A DNA stretch of 64,000 bases from Balanoglossus misakiensis (taxonomy: Eukaryota > Animalia > Hemichordata), in assembly GCA_040954595.2 (NCBI GenBank), contig CM082579.2, forward strand, positions 11,781,834-11,845,833, in the 5' to 3' direction. Below the pieces are notes generated by a model. The model searched no databases and was not told the DNA's origin. It saw only the letters and a program-made list of their open reading frames with translations. The stretch's first letter is position 1. Each line of letters begins with the position of its first letter. This document shows positions 63,402 through 64,000 of this stretch, in pieces. Both the position numbers and the translations under genes were made by a program.

Positions 63402-64000
63402 ATTGGCAGGTCTGATTGGTGACAAGCACCAAATCAGGTATCTGCCGCAATCACAGCAATCCTCGTCGAAAAGGTCCCAAAAAGCACACACGGAGAAACA
63501 GTAGACAATCACAGTCCAGAAAATGTCAAACTTTCCTGGAACACCGTCCACAGTGGAGAAAAAAATACCACAATTCAGGAGCTCTCCTTCTTACAGTCAA
63601 CCAATATGGAAGAAGAAGAAGAAGAAGAAGAAGAAGAAGAAGAAAGAAGACGGAAATGGATCTTCTTGTTGGTTATTCTGATGTCAGCCGGCCTAATCGC
63701 CGCAACTGCTCTTTTTTCAACTGCCGCTTTCTTATCGGTAAATTCTGGAACTAAATCTACAAATATCGACACGGAAGAAACACCTGTCAATCTTCCATGC
63801 AACGTCGATGCAGGTATGTGTACTGTTAATTTATCCCTGCTTTCCTATGATAATATTCGACTAAGTAAAGATTGTTGTTTGGGTGGGAATAGGTCCATTT
63901 TGTGTGTTTCTTCAACACTATCTTGTGGGAATGCATGCATGTAGAAGGAGAGTTATTAAGTGTTGGTTTGTACATGTTGTTGATTTTAATTTGTGGAAAC

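Larger units (their letters stand above)
57171..63608 (-). mobile_element. Full-length Tx1-clade (L1 group) LINE inserted in (TTC)n, Koshi-like
   Basis: 5' UTR, zinc-knuckle ORF1, APE-RT-CCHC ORF2 and a short poly(A) at 57171-57176; flanked by (GAA)n on both sides. Confidence 0.9.
56893..63813 (+). pseudogene. Lectin gene copy 3 (exon 1 56893-56937; exon 2 split into 57148-57170 and 63609-63813), continues beyond the window
   Basis: Homologous to copies 1 and 2; coding exon 2 is interrupted by the Tx1 element. Confidence 0.85.

Overview
AT-rich, intron-containing animal (invertebrate-like) genomic DNA made almost entirely of nested transposable elements plus one tandemly triplicated host gene. 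In order: a near-intact 5'-truncated CR1-group LINE inserted in a 130-bp satellite (1201-4943); several MITEs; and a complete AcademH-type DNA transposon (10760-20127, TIRs, 10-bp TSD) with a 2-exon RecQ-like helicase and a 5-exon transposase, both splicing into open frames. Next is a frameshifted AcademX-type polyprotein (21164-28045) that also carries a ubiquitin-like domain ending in Gly-Gly and an OTU-like domain inside the transposase. Then come an ISL2EU-type element (THAP-DDE plus YqaJ-PHD), a DIRS-type retroelement with an ALOG-like domain interrupted by an L2 fragment, and Crypton-like remnants whose hairpins repeat a GNA-triloop plus tandem G.A mismatch motif. The window ends with three tandem copies of a type II TM-EGF-C-type lectin gene, the third disrupted by a Tx1-clade LINE in its (GAA)n tract. 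All assignments come from reading motifs by eye; no database searches were run.
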